DNA of 32,803 nt from Candidatus Limnocylindrales bacterium (GTDB lineage Bacteria > Chloroflexota > Limnocylindria > Limnocylindrales > CSP1-4): positions 1 to 32,803 of the forward strand of contig JBKKDW010000020.1 in NCBI GenBank assembly GCA_046708025.1. The letters are read 5' to 3'. The notes below the pieces were generated by a model. It had not been told where the DNA came from, made no database searches, and was given only the letters and a program-made list of their open reading frames with translations. Below, piece by piece: positions 18,476 through 26,665 of the stretch. Each line of letters opens with the position of its first letter. The first letter of the stretch is position 1. The position numbers were made by a program, and so were the translations under genes.

Positions 18476-20004
18476 CTGACACGCAGGTCCGCGCGCCGTC
18501 CGACCAACCGTCGGCCATCCCCGACTTCTGTCACTTCATCGCCGGGGAGTGGTGCACATCGACCTCAGGTGGCACGTTCGAGAGCCGCAATCCGGCCGAC
18601 TCGCGTGACCTGATCGGTCGCTTCCAGCAGGGCACCGCGGCCGACGTCGCGATGGCTGTCCGATCGGCCGGGGCCGCGCTGCCGAGGTGGCAGCGCACCC
18701 CGGCGCCCAGGCGCGGCGAGATCCTGTACGCCTTCGGGGCGCTCATGGCCCAGCACAAGGACCGCCTCGCCCGCGCAATGACACGGGAGATGGGCAAGGT
18801 CCTGTCGGAGGCGCGCGGCGACGTCCAGGAGGGGATCGACATCGCCTACCTGATGGCCGGCGAGGGCCGACGGATGTTCGGCGACACGGTCCCGTCCGAG
18901 CTTCCCGACAAGTGGGCGATGAGCATCCGCCAGCCGATCGGGATCGCCGGGATCATCACCCCCTGGAATTTCCCGATGGCGATCCCGTGCTGGAAGATGA
19001 TGCCCGCCCTGGTCGCCGGCAACGTGGTCATCTTCAAACCATCCAGCGACACGCCCCACTGCGCCACGCTGCTTGTCGAACTGATGGCCGAGGCCGGCTT
19101 CCCGCCCGGTGTGGTCAACCTTGTGACCGGGAGCGGTGGCGAGGTCGGCGATTCGATCGTCGCCAACCCGGACGTCAGCGTCATCTCGTTCACCGGCAGC
19201 GCGACCACCGGCCGCCAGATCGCCGAGAGGGCCGGGCGCCTGCTGAAGCGACTCTCCCTGGAGCTGGGCGGCAAGAACGGCGTTGTCGTCCTCGCCGACG
19301 CGGACCTTGACCTCGCCACAGACGGCATCCTGTGGAGCGCCTTCGGGACGACCGGGCAGCGCTGCACGGCGTGTTCGCGCGTGATCGTGGAGCGTGGCGT
19401 CGTCGAACCGCTGCTTCAACGCCTCGAGTCGCGCACGCGCCAATTGCGCCTTGGACCAGGACTCGACGAGACGACCGACGTCGGGCCGCTGATCAACGCC
19501 GCCGCCGTGAAGAAGGTGGCGTCGTACGTCGACATCGGGCGTGCCGAGGCCGAGCTCGTCACCGGCGGCGCCCACGCCATCGACGGGGACCTCGCCCACG
19601 GCCACTTCTTCGAGCCGACGATCTTTGCTGGGGTCCACCCGATGGATCGAATCGGCCAGGAGGAGATTTTCGGGCCCGTCCTGTCGGTCATCCCGGTGGC
19701 CGACTACGTGGAGGCGGTGACCGCCCTCAACCAGACCCGCTATGGCCTGTCTTCGAGCATCTTCACGCGCGACGTGAATGTGGCCTTCCGGGCCATGCGC
19801 GACTTCGAGACCGGGATCGTGTACGTCAATGCGGGCACGACCGGTGCCGAAACGCACCTGCCGTTTGGCGGCTGGAAGGAGACCGGCAACGGCCATCGCG
19901 AGGCCGGCCACGCCGCGCTCGACACGTTCACCGAGTGGAAGTCGATCTATGTCGACTTCAGCGGTCGCCTGCAGCGCGCCCAGATCGACAATCAACCAAG
20001 CTGA
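18472..20004 (+). CDS. NAD(P)-dependent aldehyde dehydrogenase
   Basis: 510 aa with ITPWNFP, FTGSATTG, ELGGKN, GQRCTA (catalytic Cys) and EEIFGPV. Confidence 0.92.
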   Translation: MTDTQVRAPSDQPSAIPDFCHFIAGEWCTSTSGGTFESRNPADSRDLIGRFQQGTAADVAMAVRSAGAALPRWQRTPAPRRGEILYAFGALMAQHKDRLARAMTREMGKVLSEARGDVQEGIDIAYLMAGEGRRMFGDTVPSELPDKWAMSIRQPIGIAGIITPWNFPMAIPCWKMMPALVAGNVVIFKPSSDTPHCATLLVELMAEAGFPPGVVNLVTGSGGEVGDSIVANPDVSVISFTGSATTGRQIAERAGRLLKRLSLELGGKNGVVVLADADLDLATDGILWSAFGTTGQRCTACSRVIVERGVVEPLLQRLESRTRQLRLGPGLDETTDVGPLINAAAVKKVASYVDIGRAEAELVTGGAHAIDGDLAHGHFFEPTIFAGVHPMDRIGQEEIFGPVLSVIPVADYVEAVTALNQTRYGLSSSIFTRDVNVAFRAMRDFETGIVYVNAGTTGAETHLPFGGWKETGNGHREAGHAALDTFTEWKSIYVDFSGRLQRAQIDNQPS

Positions 20005-20044
20005 GGCGGCTCCCGTGTCGTCCCGGGGCGTGGGGAAGAGGACC

Positions 20045-20135
20045 TGCAGGGTCGCCTGTACCCGGAAATAGAACCGGATCGTCATGACGGCCAGCGCGAC
20101 GAATCCAGGTCATCCCTGGGAAAGTCGTCGCTCAG
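20045..20135 (+). repeat. intergenic element family, copy C (truncated and degenerate)
   Basis: AACCGGATC..CAGCGCGA-CGAATCCAGG..TCCCTGG..AGTCG matches blocks of copies A and B, with internal deletions. It lies between convergent aldH and the nuclease-like gene. Confidence 0.45.
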
Positions 20136-21397
20136 CTCCAGCGGAAGTTGGCGTGCTGCTGGCTCGCGATTCGGGGGCCCTCCAGGGCGCGGCGCTCGTC
20201 CGAGCGGCGCATGCCGGCGTCCTCGAGCTCCTCATCGCCGCGTTGCCGATAGTCGGTCAACAGGATGAGGTCGGCGTCGCGGTTCTCGAACATCGCCGTG
20301 CATGGCGCCAGGAACGGGCACGTCGGACAGCGTTCCGGCGACGGCGACGGGGCGACGGACACCTCCGGATCGACCATCGCCCGCACGTCGCTGGCCACCC
20401 GACGGCCGGCCGCCACGATCCCGGGCTGGGCCTGCCGGACGATCGAGCGGCGCACGTGTTCGGTTCCGCCGCGCCACGCGATCCGGTCCTGGTCTACCGC
20501 GTTTCGGGCGAGGCGATCGGCGTCGGGCGACACCGGCAAGCGCGCGGCCATCGCCGACGGATGCCGGACCCGCGACATGTCGCGTGTCTCGAGGGCGTTG
20601 GCGTGCGCCCCGACGGCTCCAGGCGCGCCTGCCGCAAAGCGATCCGGATCGTCGGGCTGGACGAGCAGCTCGTTATAGACCGTGCCGGCGATGAGCAGCT
20701 GCGGATAGGCGACCTGGAGGGCCCAGATGACGCGCTGTTGCTCGTCGTCGTCCAGGAGGGCCTCGTCGGGGGCGAACCGGTCCCACGCGACGCGATGATC
20801 GACGACCCAGTGCTCATCGTTCGTGTCGCTGATGAGCTGGTCGAATCGAGCGGCGAAGCGGATGGGGCGGTTGTCGGGCGTGCCGATGTCCCGCTCGGGC
20901 TCGTCCGGATCGGGCATCGGCGACCAGACCAGCTCATCCGAGAAGAGCGCATCGAAGTCGTCGGCTGCATCGGCCCAATCGAAGTAGCGCGCCAGCAGTG
21001 CCTCGCCCAGCCGCCGATGGCGCTGCCAGTCGCCGGCCTGCTCGGCGGTCAGCGGTCGGGCCATCTCGTACGCCGAGGCCTGCTCGGACATGGCCCGGTT
21101 GAAGCCCTTGATCGCCAGCGGTCGGACGATCTGGCGGCTCCAGTCATCCATCGCGGGCAGGTAGTACACGGCCAGTCCCATCCGGACCGCCGCCTCAAGA
21201 TCGAATACGGACGCTCGAACGCGCGGCACGAGCCCATGCCGGGTCAATGCCCCAAGGTCCCACTGGCGCGCGCAGCCGCGGAACAGGTCGATCTCGCGTG
21301 ACCGGAGCACGTACGTCCAGCTCACACCAGAAATGTAAACCCTTGGACCGCCGCGGACCGCGGGCGCAGGCCCGGCGGCGAGCGATCCGAGCGGCAC
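20132..21397 (-). CDS. Cas4/AddB-like PD-(D/E)xK superfamily protein with a 4-Cys (Fe-S) signature
   Basis: 421-aa ORF with GTG at 21397; an alternative GTG at 21325 follows an AT-rich patch. N-terminal SWTYVL..LFRGCARQW supplies Cys1. ARFDQLI..HWVVDHRVAW is the nuclease core, with Arg where Lys is usual. C-terminal CPTCPFLAPC is CxxCx5C. Confidence 0.7.
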   Translation of the reverse strand: MPLGSLAAGPAPAVRGGPRVYISGVSWTYVLRSREIDLFRGCARQWDLGALTRHGLVPRVRASVFDLEAAVRMGLAVYYLPAMDDWSRQIVRPLAIKGFNRAMSEQASAYEMARPLTAEQAGDWQRHRRLGEALLARYFDWADAADDFDALFSDELVWSPMPDPDEPERDIGTPDNRPIRFAARFDQLISDTNDEHWVVDHRVAWDRFAPDEALLDDDEQQRVIWALQVAYPQLLIAGTVYNELLVQPDDPDRFAAGAPGAVGAHANALETRDMSRVRHPSAMAARLPVSPDADRLARNAVDQDRIAWRGGTEHVRRSIVRQAQPGIVAAGRRVASDVRAMVDPEVSVAPSPSPERCPTCPFLAPCTAMFENRDADLILLTDYRQRGDEELEDAGMRRSDERRALEGPRIASQQHANFRWS

Positions 21398-21418
21398 GTG
21401 ACCCGGCGGCGCGCGATA

Positions 21419-21590
21419 CGCATGACCGCCTGTTCGGACTCTTACGGACGACGTTCAGGCACCCGGGCGGACCACAGCCCCAGGTCGACGCTCAGCGCGA
21501 GGTCGAATCCAGCCCCGGCGGGCCGGATTCACTGATACCAGCCGGAATCGCTCGTTACCAGTCTCCTGACGACTGTATGCGTACAACGGG
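21419..21590 (+). repeat. intergenic element family, copy A (~170 nt; possible structured RNA)
   Basis: Aligns end to end with copy B. Shared blocks are GGACTCTTACGGACGA, CGCTCAGCGCGAG(N)GTCGAATCCAGCCCCGG and GTTACCAGTCTCCTG(N)CGACTG(N)ATGCG. Indels are not multiples of 3. Confidence 0.75.
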
Positions 21591-21760
21591 CCGTCTCAAT
21601 CTGCGTCGTCCTGCCCGCGCGGATGAACGTCCTCGTGCGAGGCGTCCGGGAAGGCGGGCACGACATTCAGGTTGTTGCAGGGACTCCGCACTCTGCAGGC
21701 GGACGCGCGATCCGGCTTCGGCTGGTCAGCCGAGCCGCCGCGTCAGATGCGGATGTAGGC

Positions 21761-22153
21761 TCAGCCCCACGACGTCGGCCACTGGCTCAGGCCAAGGGTA
21801 TTGCCCTCGGAGTCCAGGAACCATGCCGCCTTCGAACCGCTTTCTGGATCGGCAGCGACACCGTTGACCGTTCTGAAATCGCCGAAATCATAATCCTCGA
21901 AGACGACGCCTCGGCCGCGCAGCTCGGCCATCTCGCGATCGAGATCCTCAACGACCCAGATCGCTGCCGTGTTCCGAGCGGTACCGGCTGACGAAGTCTC
22001 GTAGATCGTGAAGATCGTCGGTCCGGAGGCGTACAGGAGAATCCCGTCATCTTCTCGTGAAGGGGCAAACGTAAGCTTCTCTGCATACCATGCCTTGGCC
22101 CGCGCCAGGTTGGATGCCGGCAGGCTTGCATGGATCGACGGCTGGGAGAGCAT
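21761..22153 (-). CDS. VOC (glyoxalase/bleomycin-resistance/dioxygenase) family protein
   Basis: 130 aa with a GGAGG Shine-Dalgarno 7 nt upstream of the ATG. It shows the paired beta-alpha-beta-beta-beta pattern (HASLPASNLARAKAWY.., FLDSEGNTLGL). Confidence 0.8.
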   Translation of the reverse strand: MLSQPSIHASLPASNLARAKAWYAEKLTFAPSREDDGILLYASGPTIFTIYETSSAGTARNTAAIWVVEDLDREMAELRGRGVVFEDYDFGDFRTVNGVAADPESGSKAAWFLDSEGNTLGLSQWPTSWG

Positions 22154-22264
22154 GTGGACGCCTCCATGTTCGTAGATACGAGGTCAGAACTGGGCAGCCA
22201 TTCTATCGAGTCAACGGCCGAGGACCATGAACGCATCGCCTGTCGGCCCGAGCGGCGCGGGAGG

Positions 22265-22436
22265 CGCATAACCGCGTGTAGGGACTCTTACGGACGAACT
22301 CGAGCCACCGTCGCGAGCCAGGGCCGGATCCACGCTCAGCGCGAGAGTCGAATCCAGCCCCGGGGCGCCGAATTCATCGTGCACCACCCGGATTCCCTGG
22401 TTACCAGTCTCCTGGCGACTGCATGCGGACAACCGT
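22265..22436 (+). repeat. intergenic element family, copy B (~170 nt)
   Basis: See copy A. The 5' CGCAT and 3' ATGCG ends are complementary. The internal hairpin GAATTC/GGATTC covaries with GATTC/GAATC in copy A. Confidence 0.75.
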
Positions 22437-22487
22437 GACCCGTTGCCATGCACGATCTGGTCGGATGAATCGGGCATACTCGATCGC

Positions 22488-22904
22488 ATGCGTGCGCCCG
22501 CCCGTGTCTGGCTCGACAGGCTCACAAGGATTCTCGCCTTCGCCGGCGGGCTGTTCTGGATCGTGAAGGTCCTGTTGATCTGGGAGAACGGCGGCACCAA
22601 CATGTTCGAGGGCGCCGTCGGTCTCATGTTCCTGGTTGGCACGGTCCTGCTGGCTTCCGCGACCGTGCTATGGACCTGGCGCGCGACGCGTGGTCACTCG
22701 CTCCTCATGCGCGCGGGACTGCTGCCCGTGGCACTCATCGTCCTGCTCCTCGTGATCAACCTGCCGACCGTGGTCGGCCAGTCCTTGTTTCCCGGTTCCT
22801 GGCTGGCGGGCGAGCTCGGGGTGATCCTCGTGGCCGTCGCGGCGATCATCGCGGCATCCAGGGACTACGGGACGGCTCGCCCTGATGGTCCAGCACTAGC
22901 ATGA
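22488..22904 (+). CDS. small integral membrane protein, unknown function
   Basis: ATG at 22488 (MRAPARVWLDRL..) with four hydrophobic spans. Its stop overlaps the next start (ATGA). Confidence 0.6.
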   Translation: MRAPARVWLDRLTRILAFAGGLFWIVKVLLIWENGGTNMFEGAVGLMFLVGTVLLASATVLWTWRATRGHSLLMRAGLLPVALIVLLLVINLPTVVGQSLFPGSWLAGELGVILVAVAAIIAASRDYGTARPDGPALA

Positions 22905-23128
22905 CCCGTCGCGCCGATCCAGCGCGCATCCACCAGGCCCGGCGCGCCGCCATCCGCAACCGCCTGCTCACCGACGCCGGCATGGACCCCGACCTCGCCG
23001 ATCGGTGGTGCGAGGCGTGGGACACGGAGGCAACCCTCCGCGGACTCGCGCGCGATGGCGACTACTGGGACGCCGGCAAGCTCTGGATCGACGCCCAGTG
23101 CGCGGCCAGGAAGCGTCCGCCGAACTGA
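22901..23128 (+). CDS. 75-aa hypothetical protein (MTRRADPARIH.. family)
   Basis: Translationally coupled to the membrane protein. Broken paralogue pieces occur at 24205-24300 (-) and 24678-24813 (+). Confidence 0.6.
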   Translation: MTRRADPARIHQARRAAIRNRLLTDAGMDPDLADRWCEAWDTEATLRGLARDGDYWDAGKLWIDAQCAARKRPPN

Positions 23129-23134
23129 ACTCGT

Positions 23135-23303
23135 CTCGGGCCCGCATGCTCGAACAGTCGAGCCCGCCGCTAGACTGGCGCGCCGCGATCCCAGCTCATT
23201 CGACGCGACCTGGCCGAGGTGCCAGATCTCCTGCTGATCGGCAGGTCACGGAGACGCCGTACGCGAGCGCCGCGTTGCCGCATTGCCCTACGGAGGGACC
23301 TGT
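23135..23303 (-). repeat. intergenic element family, copy D (inverted orientation)
   Basis: The reverse complement carries GTAGGGCA..TACGG..CCAGGTCGCGTCGAATGAGCTGGG..CCAGTCT..CGACTG(TTCGAG)CATGCGG, in the same block order as copies A and B. Confidence 0.6.
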
Positions 23304-23549
23304 AACCGCCGATCTGATCGGCTCGTTCGTCAGGTAGGATGGCCGTGAGATCGACGTAGGCTGCTTGCCACCAGCGTCGGTCCTTTGGTTCTGGGCCTCG
23401 ACTCTGCGGCGAACGGATGATCTCCGCCACCTCAGCGGGCGCGCAAGGGAGCTCCGAGGCAGTGGCGGCTGTCATGCCATCGTTGCGCCTGCGCGAAGCT
23501 CGTCGAACTCCGCGATGACCCGGACCTCGCGTTCTGACGCTCGGCGGGT

Positions 23550-23686
23550 CACTCGGGCATGGTAGGGAGTTGGGGAGCCCCACGCCTGCACCCGCCGGGG
23601 GGTCGAAATGCTGGCGCCCCCCGGGGCTCCTGATCGTGACAACGCCGGCGCAGGTTCCTCGTTAGGGACGCGTGCGGAATTGAAAG
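23550..23686 (+). repeat. intergenic element family, copy E (shortened)
   Basis: GTAGGGAG..CCACGC..GGTCGAAATGC..CCCCGGGG..GATCGTGACAACGCCGG..TTCCTCGTTAGGGA..GCGTGCGGA runs parallel to copy B blocks. For example, GATCGTGACAACGCCGG matches CATCGTGCACCACCCGG at 13/17. Confidence 0.55.
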
Positions 23687-23730
23687 GCCTTAGCAAGACG
23701 GGCGTCGATCGTGGACCCGGTGGGGGCGCG

Positions 23731-24123
23731 TTAGGCAAAGAACTCATCGAAGGCGGCGGTGTCGTCGATGAGCGCCCAGAAAGCGGATACCTTGCCGCCC
23801 TCATCGAAGTGGCAAACCTCGGCGCCGAGCTGCGAAAACGTGCGCCCGTCGCGTCGGTGGTCGTAGCGGACCAGGGCGACGGCGTGGTCGTCGGTAGCAA
23901 GGACATCGTGAACCACGATATTGAACGACTCGAGGCCCGGGATCACCCGACGGAAAAACGCGAGGACTTCATCCTTGCCTCGGTGTTCGCCTGCGTTTTC
24001 ACCACGTCCGGGCACATGCCACACGATGTCATCTGCGAGGGCTTCCGCCGCCCAGTCGGTATCTCCGCTGCCGCCCAACTCGTACGGGCGACGCATGCGC
24101 GTGGCATTCGGGTGCTCAGTCAC
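23731..24123 (-). CDS. SnoaL-like / NTF2-fold protein
   Basis: 130 aa. DDIVWHVPGRGENAGEHRGKDEVLAFF..VCHFDEGGKVSAFW is the typical SnoaL/ketosteroid-isomerase-like pattern. Confidence 0.75.
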   Translation of the reverse strand: MTEHPNATRMRRPYELGGSGDTDWAAEALADDIVWHVPGRGENAGEHRGKDEVLAFFRRVIPGLESFNIVVHDVLATDDHAVALVRYDHRRDGRTFSQLGAEVCHFDEGGKVSAFWALIDDTAAFDEFFA

Positions 24124-24204
24124 GCGGCACTCCTATCCAGACCCTCGCCAACCAGTATGCGCTGCCTATTCGACCATGAGGGCCGCGCCTTCCAGCTGTA
24201 ACGC

Positions 24205-24300
24205 TCAGTTCGGCGGCGTCTTCCTGGCGGCGCACTGCGCGTCGATCCAGAGCTTGCCGGCATCCCAGTAGTCGCCGTCCCGGGGAATTCGCCGAATCAA
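24205..24300 (-). pseudogene. C-terminal remnant of a paralogue of the 75-aa protein
   Basis: The minus strand reads ..PRDGDYWDAGKLWIDAQCAARKTPPN*, against RDGDYWDAGKLWIDAQCAARKRPPN* at 23054-23128. There is no N-terminal half upstream. Confidence 0.7.
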
Positions 24301-24573
24301 AATCGCGACGCTTCACGAATCACCAACTAGTGGTATTGCCACGTCAAGCCAAGGGTGCTTGCCATCACACCGTCCACGGTCCGCGACCGCGTTGGCGGTG
24401 CCTGGATGCACCTGGTACTTTCGTGGGCCATTGAAGAGAGGGCGCGGGCGCGTCATCGTCGCGGCGAGCCCCAGCGAGATAGCCGTGCCCCCGAACGGTG
24501 ACAGGCGCTGGGGCTTCCACATGAGGCGATTTGCCACGAAGGAACTGGACGTGGGGTATCATCGCGGGCTCGT

Positions 24574-24648
<75 letters not shown>

Positions 24649-24677
24649 CGAATTCACGCACGAAGTGACCCCGAAAC

Positions 24678-24813
24678 GTGACACGTCGCGCCGACCCCGA
24701 GCGTATCCATCTTGGGCAACCCCGGCTCCGGTCCCGGTCCATCGCTCTCGCCACGAGGCCAGCGTTCTGGGCCGACTGGCGGGCGTCGCTGGTGAGGCGC
24801 AGTGTCTCGCGAC
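24678..24813 (+). pseudogene. N-terminal remnant of the same 75-aa paralogue
   Basis: GTG ACA CGT CGC GCC GAC CCC GAG CGT ATC CAT gives MTRRADPERIH, against MTRRADPARIH at 22901. Similarity decays after ~45 codons. The rest of the 351-aa ORF is Arg-rich noise. Confidence 0.55.
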
Positions 24814-25071
24814 GTTCAGGTCAGGATCAGGATCTCGCAGATCAGGTCGCCGGCGAACCGGTAGACCAGGACTGCCCGCACCACATCAGGCCCGCCGGGC
24901 GAATAGCCGGTCCCGCGTTCCTCATCGATGACGTAGGCACCGAGCGCGATGCGGTTGGGGATGTCGTAATGGAGGTCCGGATGGTCCGACATCGACTTCG
25001 CGTATCGTGCCCTCCATCACGACCGTGCCGTCGGCGCGTCCCTCTCGTCCAGCCGATGTGTGCGACTTCGT

Positions 25072-25101
25072 CATTCCTGCACGGGTCGCTATTCCTGCAC
25101 G
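25072..25101. repeat. two exact 12-nt direct repeats ATTCCTGCACGG, 18-nt period
   Basis: Copies lie at 25072-25083 and 25090-25101, in the gap between the Ala-rich ORF and a possible small ORF at 24816-24992 (-). Confidence 0.7.
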
Positions 25102-25120
25102 GATCGACGCGCGGCCGCGA

Positions 25121-25476
25121 TCAGCCCGTGGGGTTAGCCCGTGTCATCGCCTTGCGATACCGTGTCTGGGCGTCGAACTCGCTGACGTCGGCCAGCGCCG
25201 ATTGGGCATCCGCGTCGGCAAGATCTGCTCGTGTCGTCAAATCAACATCTTGGCGGTGGCCGCGGTCTTGGCTGCGGAGGTCTCGGCGAGCGCCATCGAC
25301 GCGAGGGCGCTCTTCGCCGCCTCGGCTGTCGCGACGGCGGCCTCCGCGGCATCTTGGGCTGCGGCCGCTGCAGCTTCCGCCGCGACGCGCCCTCGCCTTG
25401 CTATGGCGGCCGTTCGTTCCGCTTCGCGGCATCCTTGCAACGCCTCCCGAACGGTCGCTGGCTTGTCGTCGCTCAT
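25121..25476 (-). CDS. small Ala-rich (coiled-coil-like) protein, possibly frame-shifted near its 3' end
   Basis: A GGAGAAGG Shine-Dalgarno precedes ATG 25476 (MSDDKPATVREALQG..). The in-frame stop is at 25237 (79 aa). The -1 frame continues with coding-like sequence (DLTTRADLADADAQSALADVSEFDAQTRYRKAM) to 25121. Confidence 0.5.
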
Positions 25477-25596
25477 GGACCTTCTCCTGGGAGGTTGATA
25501 GCGCGCCCTCAACGGCGGCCGGCCGGACTTCCGTTGGCACGAGCCAAAACGCCCCGTGGCCTGGACCACGGGGCGTTCTGCTAGGGAGGAGGGACG

Positions 25597-26043
25597 TTAC
25601 GGGCGCTGTGCCTCGCACTGGGAGCCGGCCTGATCCGCGTCGCGGCAGTTGCCGCGTCGGGCGAAGAGGCCACTGGCCACTTCGAGACCGGCGGAGTCGC
25701 GCACGACGGCCGTGCCGAAGCCCGCCAGCGTGAGCCCCTGCGCGGAGCAGGTGAACCTGCCCGCGGCGTCGGCCGTCCCGGAGCAGATCGTCCGTTCGCC
25801 GGTCGCGCCGCGGACGAGGAAAGTGTACGTCGCGCTGGGGGCGAGGTTGGACACCGTGATGTTGCCGTTGAACGTCCCCTGGCCCTCGGAGTAGTTGACG
25901 ATCGCGACGCCCGAGGCGTCCCCGTCACCCGTGCCTGATAGTTCGGCCCGGTTGTTGCCGTTGTGTGCGCCGAACGCGGTGCCGGCGAACATGCCGACGC
26001 TGAGCAGGCCGACCGTCATGGCGCCGAGAAGTCTTCGATTCAT
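25597..26043 (-). CDS. secreted protein, paralogous small beta-rich domain (copy 1)
   Basis: An AAGGGAGAA Shine-Dalgarno precedes the start. The signal peptide is MNRRLLGAMTVGLLSVGMFAGTAFG. The domain GDASGVAIVNYSEGQGTFNGNITVSNLAPSATYTFLV..C is shared with 28248-29156 and 29294 onward. Confidence 0.75.
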   Translation of the reverse strand: MNRRLLGAMTVGLLSVGMFAGTAFGAHNGNNRAELSGTGDGDASGVAIVNYSEGQGTFNGNITVSNLAPSATYTFLVRGATGERTICSGTADAAGRFTCSAQGLTLAGFGTAVVRDSAGLEVASGLFARRGNCRDADQAGSQCEAQRP

Positions 26044-26665
26044 CGTGGCGTTCTCCCTTGGATGCTGCTGTGGTCGGTGGGTATTCGCACACGGGCGCCG
26101 AAAAGTTCACCGAGTTGAGGACGCGTCGGCCCTGCAACGAAACCGGAATGAATCGCGGATAGGTCAACCCACCTACTGCCAGGAGACCCGGGCCGCGACT
26201 ACAGTCCGCCTCTGACCCGCTGCCGTCCCTCGGTGGGTCCCTGGCTGACGAGCGTCGAGGGCACCGACTGCGCCGTCACCAACGCCCGGAGTGGTTCGAC
26301 CCAGCCCTCCGGGCGTCCCCTTCGTGCGCCCTGGCTGACCGAGCCGCTCATTTGATGCCCCCGGTGGCGGCCGACCGATCGGGGCTCCGTGGGGGGAACG
26401 GAGCACGGATCGACCCTCTTTGGCCGCGGCGCCGGGGACTCACGGAGTGTACGCCGATTCCGGCGCGTCAAGCGTCGGTGCGTCTAGACACCACTTGTCG
26501 CGGAAAGGCCTCTGCCGGACTCGTTGCGGCGGGTGCACAATGCGCCAGACGGAGGGGTGGCGGGAGCGTCGGGGGGGGTTCCACGGCACGGCGTCCCATT
26601 GACCGGTCGCCCGACTGTGCCGAAAGCCAATGGCGAGACCGACCTCGGCCGCAGGAGGTATGCGC

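Noticed and set aside
21502-21516. tmRNA-like 5' end on the minus strand of repeat copies A and B: GGGGCUGGAUUCGAC(C)UCGCGC (also at 22347-22361), resembling GGGGCUG..UUCGAC of ssrA.
   Set aside because: No tag reading frame, pseudoknots or tRNA-like 3' end (..CCA) follow. The conserved element extends ~70 nt upstream of this motif. There are several copies, and a full tmRNA would have to overlap protein-coding genes.
23170-23583. Possible toxin-antitoxin-like bicistron between copies D and E: an ORF ending ..AEFDELRAGATMA* overlaps the next ATG by ATGA at 23472-23475, followed by a 101-codon ORF.
   Set aside because: The upstream ORF has no credible start outside repeat E. The downstream ORF overlaps repeat D and its tail is Arg-rich noise. 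No toxin or antitoxin family motif was recognisable. It may be a decayed remnant.
20045-23686. Integron cassette array with attC sites.
   Set aside because: No IntI-type integrase or attI is present. The copies lack complementary R''/R' cores (RYYYAAC / GTTRRRY). They are longer than typical attC sites, and one copy is inverted. The idea is kept only as a loose functional analogy in the findings.
24532-24562. Promoter for tRNA-Lys: TTGCCA ... TATCAT.
   Set aside because: The -10-like TATCAT (24557-24562) is well placed, 12 nt before the tRNA. The only -35-like hexamer is 19 nt upstream of it, beyond normal spacing. This is too weak to list as a feature.
24678-25733. 351-aa ORF downstream of the tRNA, as a candidate integrase position.
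   Set aside because: Only the first ~45 codons resemble anything (the 75-aa paralogue). The rest is Arg/Ser/Pro-rich and overlaps better-supported minus-strand ORFs with Shine-Dalgarno sites. No tyrosine-recombinase motifs are present.
26178-26189. B12-box-like strings GCCAGGAGAC at 26178-26189 (+) and on the minus strand of copies A and B, raising the idea of cobalamin riboswitches. It is tempting because B12 enzymes are in the window.
   Set aside because: The other riboswitch core blocks (GGUG..AGGGAA..GCCACUG) are not present in the required order. In A and B the box would sit at the 5' rather than the 3' end. No B12-related gene lies downstream.
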